Of a DNA stretch of 64,000 nucleotides, positions 1 to 13,630 are shown piece by piece. The notes under the pieces are model-generated. The model ran no database searches and was not told where the DNA came from. It worked only from the letters and a program-made list of their open reading frames with translations. A program made the translations under genes and the position numbers. The DNA is from Enoplolaimus lenunculus. Its lineage: Eukaryota. The DNA lies in NCBI GenBank assembly GCA_030248215.1, contig JASANG010002092.1:62001-126000 (forward strand), written 5' to 3'. Position 1 is the first letter of the stretch, and the number at the start of each line of letters is the position of its first letter.

Positions 1-1145
1 CATAGGTTGGCTTGACTTGAACCGCACTTATTTGCTAAGTTACACAGATTGATCATTGTTTGTTGCCAAATTTTCTTATAATTTTTTGACCTTGAAATTT
101 TTCGTTTTGGATCTGCTAAATTTCGACTGTGTTTTTCATTTTGAGCTGTAGTTTTTCTTGTAATTGCAAAACGTTTTAGTTGTTTATTTTGTGCTACGGA
201 AAGCACGTACAGTAAGTATATTTACATATATATAGCAACCCAGCACTGCTATATCTGTCACGTGCTAAGTAGATATATTTCTGTAAACTTTGAAATACAA
301 TTTCACAAAGCTTTTTTGTACACTATTAATAGATGATTATACCTGGGGGTATATCTTCTATCGAAATTTCTAACGAGACGAGAAACTGTTAACAGATTTA
401 GAATAACTTATAGACAAACGCCGAATAAAAATTGCTCGATCGCTGCCTACATTCGTTCGTAATAAACTTTCAATAAGAAGACTATTCTCTAGAAATGAAA
501 TTCTGGATGCGTTTGTAACTGTTGATTGTTGAATTACATATTATTGTACAACGGCTGATGTATATACAGCTGAAAAACAACCTCAAACACAGTTTTATAT
601 TATGCATTGTAAAGTAGCTCCAATACCATGTGATCGGCTGTTATTATTGTTGTCAAAGCTCGCACGTTTTGTTGTAGTTATAATGTTTAAGTAAATAAAA
701 TTTTCATTTTTATTTTATAGTTTTATGTTTATTTTTGTTCACCCTCGTCGATATCTACAACGGTACCTACTTTGTCAATTTGACTAGCGGCAGCAAAAGT
801 TGCGTTCAGTGAAGGGAATGGCGAGAATTAAAGCAGAGATTATAGATGAAGAAGGTAGCTTCTAAAGGGTTGGGGGTATAAAAGTATGTCGCTGTGAATT
901 AGCTGGAGCGAGCCATAGCTGGATTTTGGGCCAACGTTGTTTTGTTATTAATATTTGATATCGGTTCCAGTCTACGTTTGTAGGTAAATGGTGTATGTGT
1001 GCCAAAAAGGGCATAGGGTAAGCAGCCTTGTTTAGAGAATTATTGACCATGTATTCATGTGATATTTAGCGTTTTTATCGCCTAGGCTGAAGTGATGGTG
1101 TTGCGGTCGTAGCCAGAAGAGGGTGGCATGTGGGGATTATATGAC

Positions 1146-1532
1146 TAGGGATGTGCCGATAACAAAATCTTGCCGATGCCAATTCTTATTTTCAAAATGT
1201 GCCGGACCGATGCCAATGCCGATTCCAGCCTTAGTGCATCATGTTTAAAGAAGATAGACTACTTATACTCTAACCACTATGAATGGTTATAATTTCATGA
1301 GATCGGTTCATTATGATTAATATTTTCAAACACAAACGCGAGAGATAACACTTTCTCTGATCAGGCGCACTGATATACGCCAAAAAGTGAAATTGATAGC
1401 ACTCCAACAGACCGTTATGCGCAAAATTATCGGCAAAGAATCTGCAATTCTTTATTTGCAGTGCCTATGTCGATACTCACGAAAAGTACCGATTATTACT
1501 GATGCCGATGCCGATTAATGGGCACATCCCTA
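1146..1532. mobile_element. hAT-like MITE (TIR TAGGGATGTGCC)
   Basis: TAGGGATGTGCC...GGCACATCCCTA termini, subterminal GCCGAT/GATGCC repeats, degenerate 8-bp TSD tatatgac/agtatgac. Confidence 0.75.
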
Positions 1533-2139
1533 AGTATGACTGTTGCTGGGCTCAATTTCAATGATCTCGATTGCAGATGAAAAGTGAAAGATACAGCCGG
1601 AACTTATTTTAAACAAAGTTAATCGTTTTAAACTGTGTGTTTAAATGTTTATATACGCAAGCAACTAAGTTTATCTTGGTGGCATATTAATTTTTAACAT
1701 CAGCTGTTTGAAGTTTACTGCTTGTTAAACGTTGTTGTTGTTGTGATTGGTGATGGTGGTGTAATTTTTTTACGTAATGTGTGACAGTAAATGTAGCATG
1801 ATTTTTATAAATGAAATGGATTTTCAGTAGTCTGAATGTTATTTAAGTTTAAATGTAATGTGTTTAGATGTTACGTACTGTACTATATCTTGTAATTATA
1901 GATTGAAATTTGATTGCATCATCGTAGCGTTTTACAGTTAAAAAGAATATATTGTATTAATCAGTAAACAAGGTTAGGTTTTTGTCTAGGTTGTTGGTGT
2001 CAAAACCGGCGATTTATTAAGAAGATTTGTGAGTGCAGTTTAATTTGGGTTGATGTGTATGTTAGTAAACGGTCGCCTACGGATTAGCTTGAGTATACTA
2101 AATCCGCACTTGCACTTACTCTGAGCCTGTAACCGCTTA

Positions 2140-2620
2140 TATTGTGGACGATGCACGTGGCCGAAACAAGTGTACTCTCAAACGCCGAAGGTTGTTTATT
2201 ATGAAACAACCGCGCAGATGGTAAGCTTGATGCTAGCTCGATTCACACAAGTATATTTTGTACTGGGGCTGCCAAATCCGTTGAATCCGGTAAGTGACGT
2301 TACATTGAAAGCCTGGATTGGTTTGATTCGTCGTCGTCTGCTTTGAACTATTGCAACATATAGCGCAGAATAAGCTATCTTTGTCTCGACCTTGATGAAT
2401 CGAAGATGCTCTTTGAAATGTACCCGTCCGTACCCGTATACAGATAAAAACCTTAGTGGGCTGGGTGAGTAGGAATTAAAATTAGAAAAGACGTTAGAAA
2501 AGACGTAAAATAAGCCATATTGCTTTGAGTCATGGCCGCACACATAGTATTTTACAATTGCTCGGAGTCCTAATTTATGGCAAGGGCGACAAATTTGGCA
2601 CGGGGAAACATGGCGCTCGG
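2140..2620 (-). mobile_element. Possible decayed Penelope-like element (GIY-YIG endonuclease relic)
   Basis: Minus-strand ORF 2199..2714 contains PCQICRPC, VKYYVCGHDSKQYG and RVHFKEHLRFIK...SAL, resembling the PLE Cys-linker and GIY-YIG motifs; the match is degenerate and recognised by eye only. Confidence 0.35.
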
Positions 2621-3435
2621 ATGAGGGAAGATATGACATGGAGGAGAAATTTAGCACGACATCGGAATAGATCGAGGCAGGGGCTTCCGTCAAGTTCCAG
2701 ATTGGGGTAGCCAACGCAGTGTGTTGCTCGTCCTTTTGTCCACATATTTTACTACTAGTGCGTACACGCTTCGATAATTAGTAGAATTTCGGCAGGTTCC
2801 AATTCGGAAAGGACCTGACATGTTAACCCAGCTTTAAAAGAAAGTGAACTCGGCGCTAAGCGAGGAATTTGTTTGACATTTTACGTAAAATTATTGAACG
2901 GTGAATATTTGTGTGGGAAAAAAGTGCGATTTACACAGATGTTGGAGATGAGAAAATATACGTCACGCGTGCAGCTCCTTTTTTTGTCACCCCCCATGAT
3001 GAATGCCAACCAAGAGCGTATAAAGCCAGCATTTAATTTCAAGGGAGTCGTAATATTTAAGTAAAGGTATTGGTTAGCGCGAACGAGAAATTGTTTTATA
3101 CATTTAGCAACCTGGTGGTTATTCGAATGCCTGTGAAGTCGCTGAAGCTGTTAAAACAATCAAGCAGAAGTAAAATATTGAATAAAATTTCGCGATTGAA
3201 GCAAGCGAGAAGCCAGACGCATTTCAAAACGAAGGCGTTTTTTTATTTTAACTGTGTTAGAGAGTTGGCCGTTTCGGGTGGCACCCGAGAATTGGGGGGT
3301 ATGAGGGTGGCTGGTCCAGCTCATTAGTGAGGCCGTGAGTCAAACCTGTACAGGTACTAAAATGCTACTGGAGTGCTAAAACACTATTTATGAGTTTTTT
3401 AGACAGAAGCGTTCGTAGTTAATAGGAAGAATAGG

Positions 3436-3605
3436 CAGTGGCGGATCCAGGATCTCAAAATGGGGGGGCAAAATTTCACAGGTAATAAACTTACTGTTGA
3501 CCCATACACAAACCACGAACTATTGTCACAAAATTGCTATATAATTTTTGTCGACATGCTGTTGGGGGCCCACGGCCGGGGTGGCCCCCCATGGATCCGC
3601 CATTG
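3436..3605. mobile_element. hAT-like MITE (TIR CAGTGGCGGATCC), copy 1
   Basis: CAGTGGCGGATCC...GGATCCGCCATTG; 8-bp TSD agaatagg/ggaatagg; nearly identical to 12500..12671. Confidence 0.85.
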
Positions 3606-3781
3606 GGAATAGGATATATATTGTAAATTGATGTCTGTATGTATTTTATTAAACATTATGTCACGTTGGATGTAACGAATGTACTATTATGGAGAGTTCA
3701 TTATGCGATTTTTCTCTGTGTGTAGTATTTTGTGTTGCGTCGTGACTATCACATTAACGTCTCTACGAGTTGACGATTCTT

Positions 3782-3812
3782 TTGTTGTTGTTGTTGTTGT
3801 TCTTCTTCTTCT
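3782..3812. repeat. (TTG)n(TTC)n compound microsatellite
   Basis: ttgttgttgttgttgttgttcttcttcttct read directly. Confidence 0.8.
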
Positions 3813-4855
3813 CACACTTTGAAGTGTCGAACCGTTGCGATATAAGAGTACGCTTTGTTGCAGCTACTTTGGAGGATTGAAAGACGTGCGTATCTTGAAG
3901 GTTTTTACGGTTGAGGTAGTGGTGTGTATTTAGTTTTGCATATATGTATGTTAATTTTAATATAGGAGCTTTTGGATACGGTGGATTGTGGTGTAATAAT
4001 GTAGTCGAGGGTTGCAGGTATATATGGCGTAGCCACCGCACCTATCTAGCCAAATAGGCAATATGGATAGCCAATGCACCAAATTGTTACGGTGGCTAGC
4101 TAACACAGTAACGGTGTTGTACTCTATGTCTGCACCACGGTTGTTTACCGAAAAAATTGCCGAAAAAATGGAAAAATTTTAAATGATTTATAAACATAAT
4201 TTGAAACTAAGTGCGATATAAAATAACGTTTTTAGATGATATTTAACTAATTTACATGCAAGACTTGAACAGTGACCGTGTGTATATGTCCACCAGGACA
4301 CATTATACAATCCGAAAAAAGCGAAAATTGCCGCATATGAATATATAAATAGATTTCAGAATTGAAACTTTGCCACGATATTCCGTGTAAAACTACATAT
4401 CTATCTTGTTCGAATCGCTCACTAGGTTTCGTCGACAGTGGGGCCAAAGTTAGCTCGCTCAAAATTAAAAGCTTGCTTTTACGGTATGATTTAACACAAG
4501 AATACGTCTAGCTTCAACCTCGCTTTGCTCCCGAGGTTGCAACGATTGAGAGGCTTTGATGTCAGCAAAAACCCAAAAGTGTCTCGGAATTTTATATATA
4601 TTTACAAAAAACAAGTGTGACTTTTTTAGTTTGCTGCACTCATGAGGTTCTGCTGTTCTGATGAGCTCCCCCGTTCACGGCCAAACTTAAATTTTTAAAA
4701 AATTCGAATTTTAAGGTCTCAAATTCCTCCATTGGACTCAAAATTATATACCATTTATACAGGTTGCGGAGCTAAGACGAATATTGTTAAGTGTTTCCAA
4801 ATCAGACGTCTGGATAACGAGTTGTTGTCAAATAACGAAATTTCGCCCGAACCAT

Positions 4856-5584
4856 GTTGTTGTTGTAGTAGCCGGTTCCTTTCCCATCAGTGTAGCGGCA
4901 GCTCCAATGCTGCCGCCGCGCGTATCGGATTGTCCCAGAGGTCCAAAACTGTGGCGTCGCGAGGTTTTGCTGGACAATTAAACAGATGTTTCGTGTCGTG
5001 CAGCGGCGTGTGGCAATCCGGGCATTCATCACGTATTTGAGGGTCAAGTCTGCTGCAGTATTCAACAGATTGCAGTATCCCGATCGTAATTGGGCGAGCG
5101 TCGATCGTGTCTTCCGAGGCAGGTGCGCTTCGTCGGCGGAAACCGTCGGCGCTGCGGCGCGGAGCACGGGGTTGTTGGAATATCCTGCACACGTTGATTG
5201 CACGTAGTCGCGATGTATCCACTTGGAAATGGCGGCAGGAGTAGTGTCGTCGCCCAGATCGTTCTTGGCTCTTCGGACTACCTGTCCATAGGTAGAGACG
5301 AGGGATGGTTTCATGCGCCTTGGCGGAGCTGGCTCTTCCATGATGTGGTGACAGGGGTGGGCGGTATCCAAGCATGCGGCTGTGAACTGAGCTGAGAGCA
5401 TCGCGTTGTGCTCCTTCACCGGTAGCACCTTACATTCTTGATGGAGATGGTCTATTGACGACATCAGGTGGCATCCTGTTGCCGTACGTAACGCTGCATT
5501 CTGCGCCGATTGTATGCGCTCCATGTTGGATTTGGATGCTACCATCAACCATACCGGGGCGGCATAGTTTATGACAGATCGCAA
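4856..5584 (-). mobile_element. 5'-truncated non-LTR retrotransposon (I-group-like), C-terminal part of ORF2, frameshifted
   Basis: ORFs 4802..5584 and 4887..5375 join via a frameshift near 5058: RSVINYAAPVW..RIQSAQNAALRTATG (RT thumb), LAQLRSGYC, then CPDC..HDTKHLFNC (CCHC knuckle), stop at about 4887, short 3' UTR and (CAA)n tail at 4856..4866; visibly GC-richer than the flanks. Confidence 0.88.
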
Positions 5585-6055
5585 GGGGCGGAACTTATAG
5601 TCGTAAAACTAGAATTTTTTCAAAAATTCAGATTTGGGTATGGAATGATAAGGGATGTCATGAGAAGCTCAAATATGCGGAAAGTTTCAAAATGCACGCA
5701 GATTTGGGCAAAGGCCGGCTAAGGGTGAGATAACCGATCACTGAGATAAAGAATGAATCTTTTTCATTTTTTCCTGAAATGATGGGGAAAATTCATTTTT
5801 ACCGGTCATAATTTTTTAACGGAAAAACAGCCCTAATCTAAAGGGGTCTGGATTTAACGTTTGGCTGGCCAGTGGCGGATTCGGGATTCGGGCTGTGGTG
5901 TGCTGGTTTTTGTTCTGAATTTATCAGGTTTCTATACTGGGGTATTTACGCGTTATGGCTGTCAAGTAGTTATGTTTTGCTTTGATGAATATTTCAGATT
6001 ATTATAATGTGCGGCAAAGTTGTTTGAAAAATTCGAGCGCTTATTTTTTAAAATG

Positions 6056-6413
6056 TACTCTGTAAAAACTTAAACTTAAATTATTGTTTAACTAAACTTG
6101 ATATTAGTTTATGTAAAATTTAAATTGCTGAACGGAGAAACTAAACTAGAATTCTAATGTTAACTTAGACTGGCATATTTTTAAGCTTAACACGAGTTTA
6201 CATTAAACTTATTTTTGGTTTAAGTAACAAATAGAGCCCAGAAATAAAGTGTATCTAAGAGTTTATTAAGTTTAGCTCAAACTAAAAATATCTAAGAATT
6301 TAAATGAGTTTAAGCATAAACATATCTTTTAGTTTAGTTAATCCACAAGGCTAGTTTAATCCTGCTGGGTTAGCTTAAGCTTAAATCAACTTGTTTTAAG
6401 CTTTTAGAGAGTA
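6056..6413. mobile_element. MITE with TACTCT(C/G)TAAAA termini, copy 1
   Basis: TACTCTGTAAAAACTTAA...TTAAGCTTTTAGAGAGTA; internal TTAAACT/AGTTTAA repeats; homologous to 46387..46707. Confidence 0.75.
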
Positions 6414-6770
6414 GGGAACCAGGTTGTGATAGAAATATCGAGGAGTGATGTTATACTTTTGATCTGTATCGAGTTTTTATTTCTGCTTGTAAGGTGTTGA
6501 ACGAGGTTTCAAATTTCAAGTGTATATAAATCGGGTATATATTTTTGACAATGCAATTCCGGTGTAAACTTAAGGGATGTATTTTCATGCGATTTACAGT
6601 ATTAAGAGTTTGCTTTGAAGCGCAGGCTGGATTTCGAGGTACTGAAGTTTTGTTCTAATTTATGTATTTAGAAATTTTATACCCTGTCACTAACTAATGA
6701 GTCTGGAAAATGTCCAAACAGCACACAACAATATTTTTTCGGTCGGAATGTCGCATATATCGGTGTAATG

Positions 6771-7205
6771 CAGATGCAACCGGAATTATAAAATACCGGA
6801 ACCGGAACCGGAAAGTTAAAAAATACTGGAACCGGAGCCGAAACGGGAAAATAAAAAATATTTGTTACCGAAAAATTCATTTTTAAGCGCTATTTTATCG
6901 CTTTTAATGCTGTAAACACCCCATTTAGAATGTCAAAATCCTGAAACAAATGCAGTAGGTGAAAACATACGATAAATTATGGAGTGTGGCACAAATTGAA
7001 AATTCTGGCGATACACGCTCGGACAATTTTAGATAAACAAGTTCGCATTAATATGCCAATTTTTCTTACATTTTCGAATGGAAACAATTTTCAATACCGA
7101 AAATACCGGAAAATTCCGGTGAAAAAATACCGGATTTCTTACCGGAACCGCATAGTGAAAAATACCGAATTTCCCTACCGGAACCGGAATTCCGGTTGCA
7201 CCCTG
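6771..7205. mobile_element. hAT-like MITE (TIR CAGGGTGCAACCGG family)
   Basis: CAGATGCAACCGGAATT...AATTCCGGTTGCACCCTG; 8-bp TSD gtgtaatg/gtgcaatg; subterminal ACCGGA repeats; homologous to 29854..30270. Confidence 0.85.
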
Positions 7206-9523
7206 GTGCAATGATTAGTTTTCGTGCTGTGCAAAACAGAAGCACCTGCGTTTAGTCGATTATAATAGCTGGTTTTTTGAAAAATGCGCGTTGTGTCTTT
7301 TTAAGGCTTTCTACTGACCACATATATTTGTCGGAGGCCAATCTGCTATTGTTGTCAATTACTAATCGGTCTAGTTGCCAATCTGCTCTTCTATGAGATG
7401 TAGCAAAACAACAGTGACGTTTTGCCAGCACTGATTGTTAATCGATATTGCGTTTGACCAAATACTCAAATCTGGAGTGGTCTATAAGTCAGTAGCAGTT
7501 TATCCTGAGCCAAAGTGCTATTACGCCAAATAACAGACTGGTCTAGGCCAATTTGTAATTAGCCTGAATAGCAGGTTGGCCTATGCGATATATCCATGTG
7601 TCTTTATTGGCAACTCATGTTTCTTAACAGCTTAATCCGATGTGGTTTGTTGTGCTTGATTCAATTAGACATATTGTGCTTTATTTTTTTGCAAACGTGT
7701 GTTCTTTTACGACTGTGTGAAAGTCCTGGTTGCAAAGTTTTTTATGTCAAGTGTACGTGTGTGAGTGTGTGTGTGCGTGTGATACTAGGGGATGCGAACT
7801 GACTGGAAAAGGGCTTTTATGCACTCCCCCCTCATTTATGTGTAAGGCTTTGACGAAAGGCCGCCCCCGAGCCAGTCTGTGTTCCTTACTGTCAGGTAGA
7901 GATAGTGTCTTGTCGAACCATCGTTAACGGTTGTGAAATTTTATCGTAAGTAATTTCTTGTAGTCTGTGTTTGTGCTGCCGGCACCCGCTGATCCACGTT
8001 CCACGATATGTCGCTTGTATGCTACGACTGGTTAACGCAAATGTGATTTAAGAAGGCTTGGGCGAACTGATTTGTTCTGAACAGGAACGGTTGTGAAGTT
8101 TGGAGACGGGTTGATGTATAGGTTTGGTCGCGGTGGCGGATCGAGAAGATGGTTACGAATGGGAGGAGAGATAAGTCGAACGCAATTTTATTGCTACATT
8201 TTAGCAAAATATTTTTTGATCCCTGCTGAGGGTTCAATTTGTCAGAGATGTCCGTCTCGACAAGTCTCATTATTTGGCTGGTCTCGGACTCGTTTTTGTG
8301 AATTTTGGAGTAGAGAAATGACTGAACGTAGCAACTGGAAGATGAGAAAATATTAACAGAATGAAAAGTTTGCGATTAGTAGCGGTTTCGCTACAGAATT
8401 ACGAAGCTGGTAACAATAATGACATGGCTACTAGTGGCGGATCAAGGATTTGGGTCTTTTCGCATATCAATCACCCCAGCCGGCGTTTGCCTAAAAATGA
8501 TTGTATTTTGAAACTTTTGCATATTTAAGGTTCTCATGATCTCCCCTGATCATTCAATCCACGTTAAATTTGAATTTTTGAAAAATTCAATTTTTTAATG
8601 TTCCAAGGTCCCCTTTGGATCCCAGAAAAAATTTTATCAAAAAGGTAGAGAAAACATCCCTCGCTTGTGTGGCTAATTTTCTACTACTTTAATTCATTAA
8701 ATCATCATTTGGTGTTAAAATTTATATATGAAAGCTGCAACGCCCCACATGCGTATTTTGAGCAGTGTTCCAGCAGATTTGTATACGTATCCGTATGCAA
8801 ATTTACTTCCATAATTCTAAGCGAAAAATTTCGGAGATAGAAGATTGTTGTTTATTTTTTCTTTGTGTTTTTTATAAGACGAAACACGTTTGCTTTATGC
8901 GTATATTTTAACATGTATGTAATTTGCATATTGTCTTAAGCAGGCATTAATTTGGACGGGAATTTTTCTCAGCGGATGGTGGGTTCTAGGGGTTCAGCGT
9001 TTCTACCGGACCCACCAGGCTTAAAATTATATTCGAATTGAATACACAATTGTCAATAAAGTTTCAAGGCTTAAGTGCAGACATTCTTTCAACAAATTCT
9101 TCTAAACATATGCCAAAACAGTTTATTTTAAAAGAGTTGCAGATGTGTGCAACTATGGATTACTAGTTATTTTTAATGGTGGTTCCTGTTCCGGATAAAA
9201 AATTCTATTCCTGCCCCTGTTGGAACCCTGCTGCCGTTTTTGCCGTTGCTCTCTGTCGCCAATTGCGCCGTTTATGCTATCACGTGAATTTTAGCTTGAT
9301 ATTTTGTATTTTGTTTGTGTATATGTGGTTAAATGTAAATATAATATAGGTTTTGGTTTTGTAGAAATTGATGCGGTTATATTCGTAGAAATTGTGAAAT
9401 GCGATACGCCTTAGCGCAGAGCCGTTTTCATATCGCTCTGGGTTTACGTATATAGAGAATTAAACGTTTATCTTTGTTTAACCTACCACAACACAATCGA
9501 CTTCGTTTTGCTTGTTTTTAGAG

Positions 9524-9700
9524 CGGGTCCGTAGCCAACGGAAGACGCACGGGGAGCTCAACCCCCTTGGAAAAATATTGGTCCACCCTTGCTAAATTTC
9601 AACTTTGCTTGTACGTCAACGAAAACTCTTGCATACCCCTTGTGAAAATTTTTTAGACCCCCTCTTCATCTAGTAGCAAGATAAACTGGCTACGAGCCTG
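9524..9700. mobile_element. hAT-like MITE (TIR CAGGCCCGTAGCC family)
   Basis: CGGGTCCGTAGCC...GGCTACGAGCCTG; internal sequence shared with 14563, 17899, 22037 and about 48990. Confidence 0.75.
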
Positions 9701-10216
9701 TTTTACGGGAATATAGAAGAGGGATTGTGTGACATATCCGTCGGAAATTTTTGGAGCCAAGTAAGGATACTTTTTTATAAGATTTAATAACTTGACGGCT
9801 TATAGATGTAAATAAAATTTTCAAGCTTGCTATGCTCGCTCGCAAAAAAACTTTTACTTAAAATTATATACGTTCTCTCTGAATGAAATTCAGGTTTAAA
9901 CGCTGTTGTCGGTTTTGTGGTAATTTAGAGCGGTTTTGATATTAAAAGTTTTTGCCTGGTGGGAAGAGAAGATTGAAGAAAATATAGTTTTTAGGTGCCG
10001 CTTGGTAGCCGTTGTTGTAAATATTGGGTAACGGCTGATAATGGCATATGTGAGTGCGGCGGTATATATATAGTATTACTGTTTTGGTTCGAGTGTTAGA
10101 GAATGAGTTGAACTTGAAAGTTGGAAATTTCAGGTGATTTTGACATAAGTATTGTTATCAGCCGGGAGTTCACAGGGCGGATATAAATCGAGTAAAAGAT
10201 ATTGTAACCATGTGAG

Positions 10217-10689
10217 TAGGGAACGACCGGATCCAAAATTTTGCATTTACCGGATAAGAATCCGGATCATGATCTTAAAATTCAGATCCGGCCCGGATCC
10301 GGATCTTACTAGCTGGATAATTTTTCAATATCTAACGTATATAAAATACAAAAAGTTCAACTGATTGTTTCGCAAAATTAGTCAACAAAACTTACAGCAT
10401 CTAAAAAAGAAGTCTTTAAAATTTTTATGTTTGTTCTTCTTCCGCAACAACACTGGTCTCCACGTGGATGTCATTAACCTGACATTTCAACAAAGCATTA
10501 ATGCTCACACAGTGCTTATTAGATACATACGCATAGTTGAAATACATGCACCAATTTTGGTATGTTTTTGTTTGTATATCAAATTTCGGATCCGGAGATC
10601 CGGTAGTTTATTTTACCGGATCCGGATTCGGATCTTAAAAATTGCAGAGATCCGGCCCGGATCCGGATCTCGGATCCGGTCGATCCCTA
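10217..10689. mobile_element. hAT-like MITE (TIR TAGGGATCGACCGGATCC)
   Basis: TAGGGAACGACCGGATCC...GGATCCGGTCGATCCCTA; perfect 8-bp TSD CATGTGAG; dense CCGGAT subterminal repeats. Confidence 0.9.
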
Positions 10690-12499
10690 CATGTGAGACA
10701 TGCTTGTCCGTTATGTGCGCATATAATATAATGCGGTCTGAAGTCCCGGTTCCTACCTAGACTATCGGATATAGGAGCATGATGTTAGGTGTGTATTTCC
10801 ATGAACAAGAATTAATCACAATGTTTCGGTGCTGTTTGCTTGCGTTGTAGGCTACAGCAAGCCTAGCGCGCGAAGTGACTGAGAAGACAAACATGATTTT
10901 TGTATTGCAATTGAGCATAAAATTCTATTTCTTATGGGTTCAGTCAGGGATCTGCTTATTCCGCACACAATTGAAATGTGGGGGTGAAACTTTTCAGTTG
11001 CTTAACACGTGCAATATTTACTTGCAAGCACAACAACGTTTTAACGTCTCAGCATAGATTAATGTGGCTGAGGCACTTTTCCTCGTTCTAATCATGGGGG
11101 CTGCGGTCTCCCTGATTCCGTCGCAATTTCAAGGGAACAAAAACACGATGAATGGGGCTAAAGTCTTCCAATTCCTCTACACTATGCGGTTCATGCTAGA
11201 GTGCCAAAAAGATGATAGCAAAAAAATTTCTTTGCAGTGGAAGATTTTTGTTGTGTTGGGAGAAGTAGAAAAAAGCGCCGCGGATCGAGAAAATTTTGAA
11301 AAGGGGGCTATATGTAAGTGTGAAAGAAAGCTCGCAAGCGAAACGATCGAAAAGGCAAACGTGCGAATCCGAACCTTGACTTTGAAAAATTAAAATTAAC
11401 ACTGTAACCGTTTAACATGCTGTGGTATAAGCAAACCTTTTAAAACATCAAAGCCCGAATTCATTGAAACATAGGTTTTCGTTCGAATCTGAAGTACGAA
11501 AAGGTTTCGAAAAAGATTCACACGGTTAAAATTCAATTTCACAAACGGTTGTTTTCGAATCTTGATGGATTCAGCTTTTTTACAACCGATTCCCTGAACC
11601 TTCAATTTTTGCCGAATCCTCAACTTTTGTTGCCACCATGGTTTCTGGTCCAGGTGCAAACGCAATTTGCTCTGCAGACTTAATTTGTTATTTTTCGGTA
11701 GTGTGTTAATCTTTGTATATATGTATATATGTGTATATATACAGACGATTTACAAGCACAGATAATTAATATGATTGATTCCTCTGTGTTGCATGGTTTT
11801 TTGCAATGTAATTATGAGTGTATTTTTGGAATATTGTTACGGGTAAATCTGTGTTTGACCCTCCTCTCTCCCTCCTTCTCTCTCAATTTTTTCTCCCTCA
11901 GTCTCCCTTATATTTTGTTGTGCCGTGTACAGCAATCTGTACAACAGTACTGAACGCGGTGTATAATTGGATTTTTTTGGCTTCTGAATAAGAGAAACTT
12001 GTACTGCGTAAACGGATAGTACAAATAGCGTAAAGAGATACTGATCAAAATAACACAAATGGAAAACGAATGTTGAAGTGTATAAGTTTTAAAGATAATT
12101 TATGCTTCTGCCTGTACAATTGAGGCATGCAAATATTTACCGAGCTTTCGCCACCCGCCTCTCCTCGGAACGCCCTTGCAAAAATGACTGAATCATATCC
12201 TGTTTCTAGCTGATAATTATTATCACGGGCGTAACTAAGACTTCCTAAACGGAATAATTATAATAAAGAATTATTACATACATTGCAAGTAGGCTAAGCA
12301 ATTAACCGTGAGCAATTATGAACTAGGAAGGCTGGGTAGAGTGGTTATTTTTTTCGTTCGCCTTAGATCTTTGATTGGACCGCGCCCATATGTAACACTG
12401 GTTTCGAATAAAATTCGGAAAGTGTTAATCTAAGCGTTAAAAGAAGGCTAAATGGAAGCATACGGCTCACGAAACTGTTAGGAACCTTTGGTATACACA

Positions 12500-12671
12500 C
12501 AGTGGCGGATCCAGGATGTCAAAATGGGGGGGGGGGCAAATTTCACAGGTAATAAACTTTATTTTTGACCACACACAAACCACGAATTATTGTCATAAAA
12601 TTGCTATATAATTTTTGTCGAGATGCTGTTGGGGGGCCCACGGCCGGGGTGCCCCCATGGATCCGCCATTG
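12500..12671. mobile_element. hAT-like MITE (TIR CAGTGGCGGATCC), copy 2
   Basis: Perfect 8-bp TSD TATACACA; near-identical to 3436..3605. Confidence 0.9.
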
Positions 12672-13442
12672 TATACACAGTGGAATCCTTATACGTGCGC
12701 CCCTGTAAATAATTATTTAGTGCTGGATAGAGTTAATGAAAAACTTTGATTTTAGTAGTGTTTTATCGCTGTCGAGATATAGTTGGTATTTATGGTTTGG
12801 ATTTGTTTTGTGAGTATGAAACCTACCAACAGCAAGATAACCTTGCTAGGAGGGCTGAATAATTTTTCAAAAGGGTCATACAAGCATTTCAATTGATTTG
12901 TACAAGCAAGATACACGTTTCCTAGGGGGCAAATTTTTTGTCGGCGGACTATAGCGCACTGTGGCGCCCCGTCTGACTACAAAACCGTAGGACAACTGTG
13001 TGCGTTGTGATTATGTATATATACATATATGTACGTATGTATAATTTGCTTGTTCTGTGTGGTTTGGACGGTGTTTTGCTTCTTTAAAGATAAAAGCTAG
13101 TTTCAGTATTATTATTTGTCAGACTGTACTGACTCATTCGATAATTGCGAATGGTAATCTGGTGGTTTTTATGTGATTTATGCCTAATCTGGTGGTTTTT
13201 ATGTGATTTATGCCTTTTAAGTTGCAAATCATGTATACGCACAGGTGGTAAGTGAGTGGGGGTTTAACAGGTGATTGCAATGTTGTTTCGTTGTGAACCA
13301 GTGTCGTTTCTGTTGTAGTATTGCTGATTGAGGACCAAGGCAAGATTATTTCGATTGCATTAAGGGTGTATGATAGGGTGAAACCGATTCGTTTAAAATT
13401 TAAATATAGAATTTCAGTTTATAGCATAGTTGAACAGGTATG

Positions 13443-13630
13443 ACGACAATTCGAGACCCGATGTGTGTTGTAATCCAAAACTGCATGGACTCGACAATCC
13501 GTCACTCATTATTATGCTTAGGCATGGATTTTCAATTACGATTACGCTACGATTATGATTATGATTTATTGATTCATAGGTTTTTAAACAGTGTTGAGCG
13601 ACAAGTTGTCTGGCGACAAATTGTTGTACG
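13443..13630. mobile_element. MITE family with GACAATTCGTCG/CGACGAATTGTC inverted ends
   Basis: Homologous copies at about 14285..14420, 22540..22700 (inverted) and 28577..28765; core CATCATTATGCTTAGGC. Confidence 0.6.

Noticed and set aside
10152..10760. ORFs with RIRIRI/SGPDPD repeats
   Set aside because: Translations of MITE subterminal CCGGAT repeats; the same applies to ORFs at 6677..7214, 18933..19599 and 61951..62265
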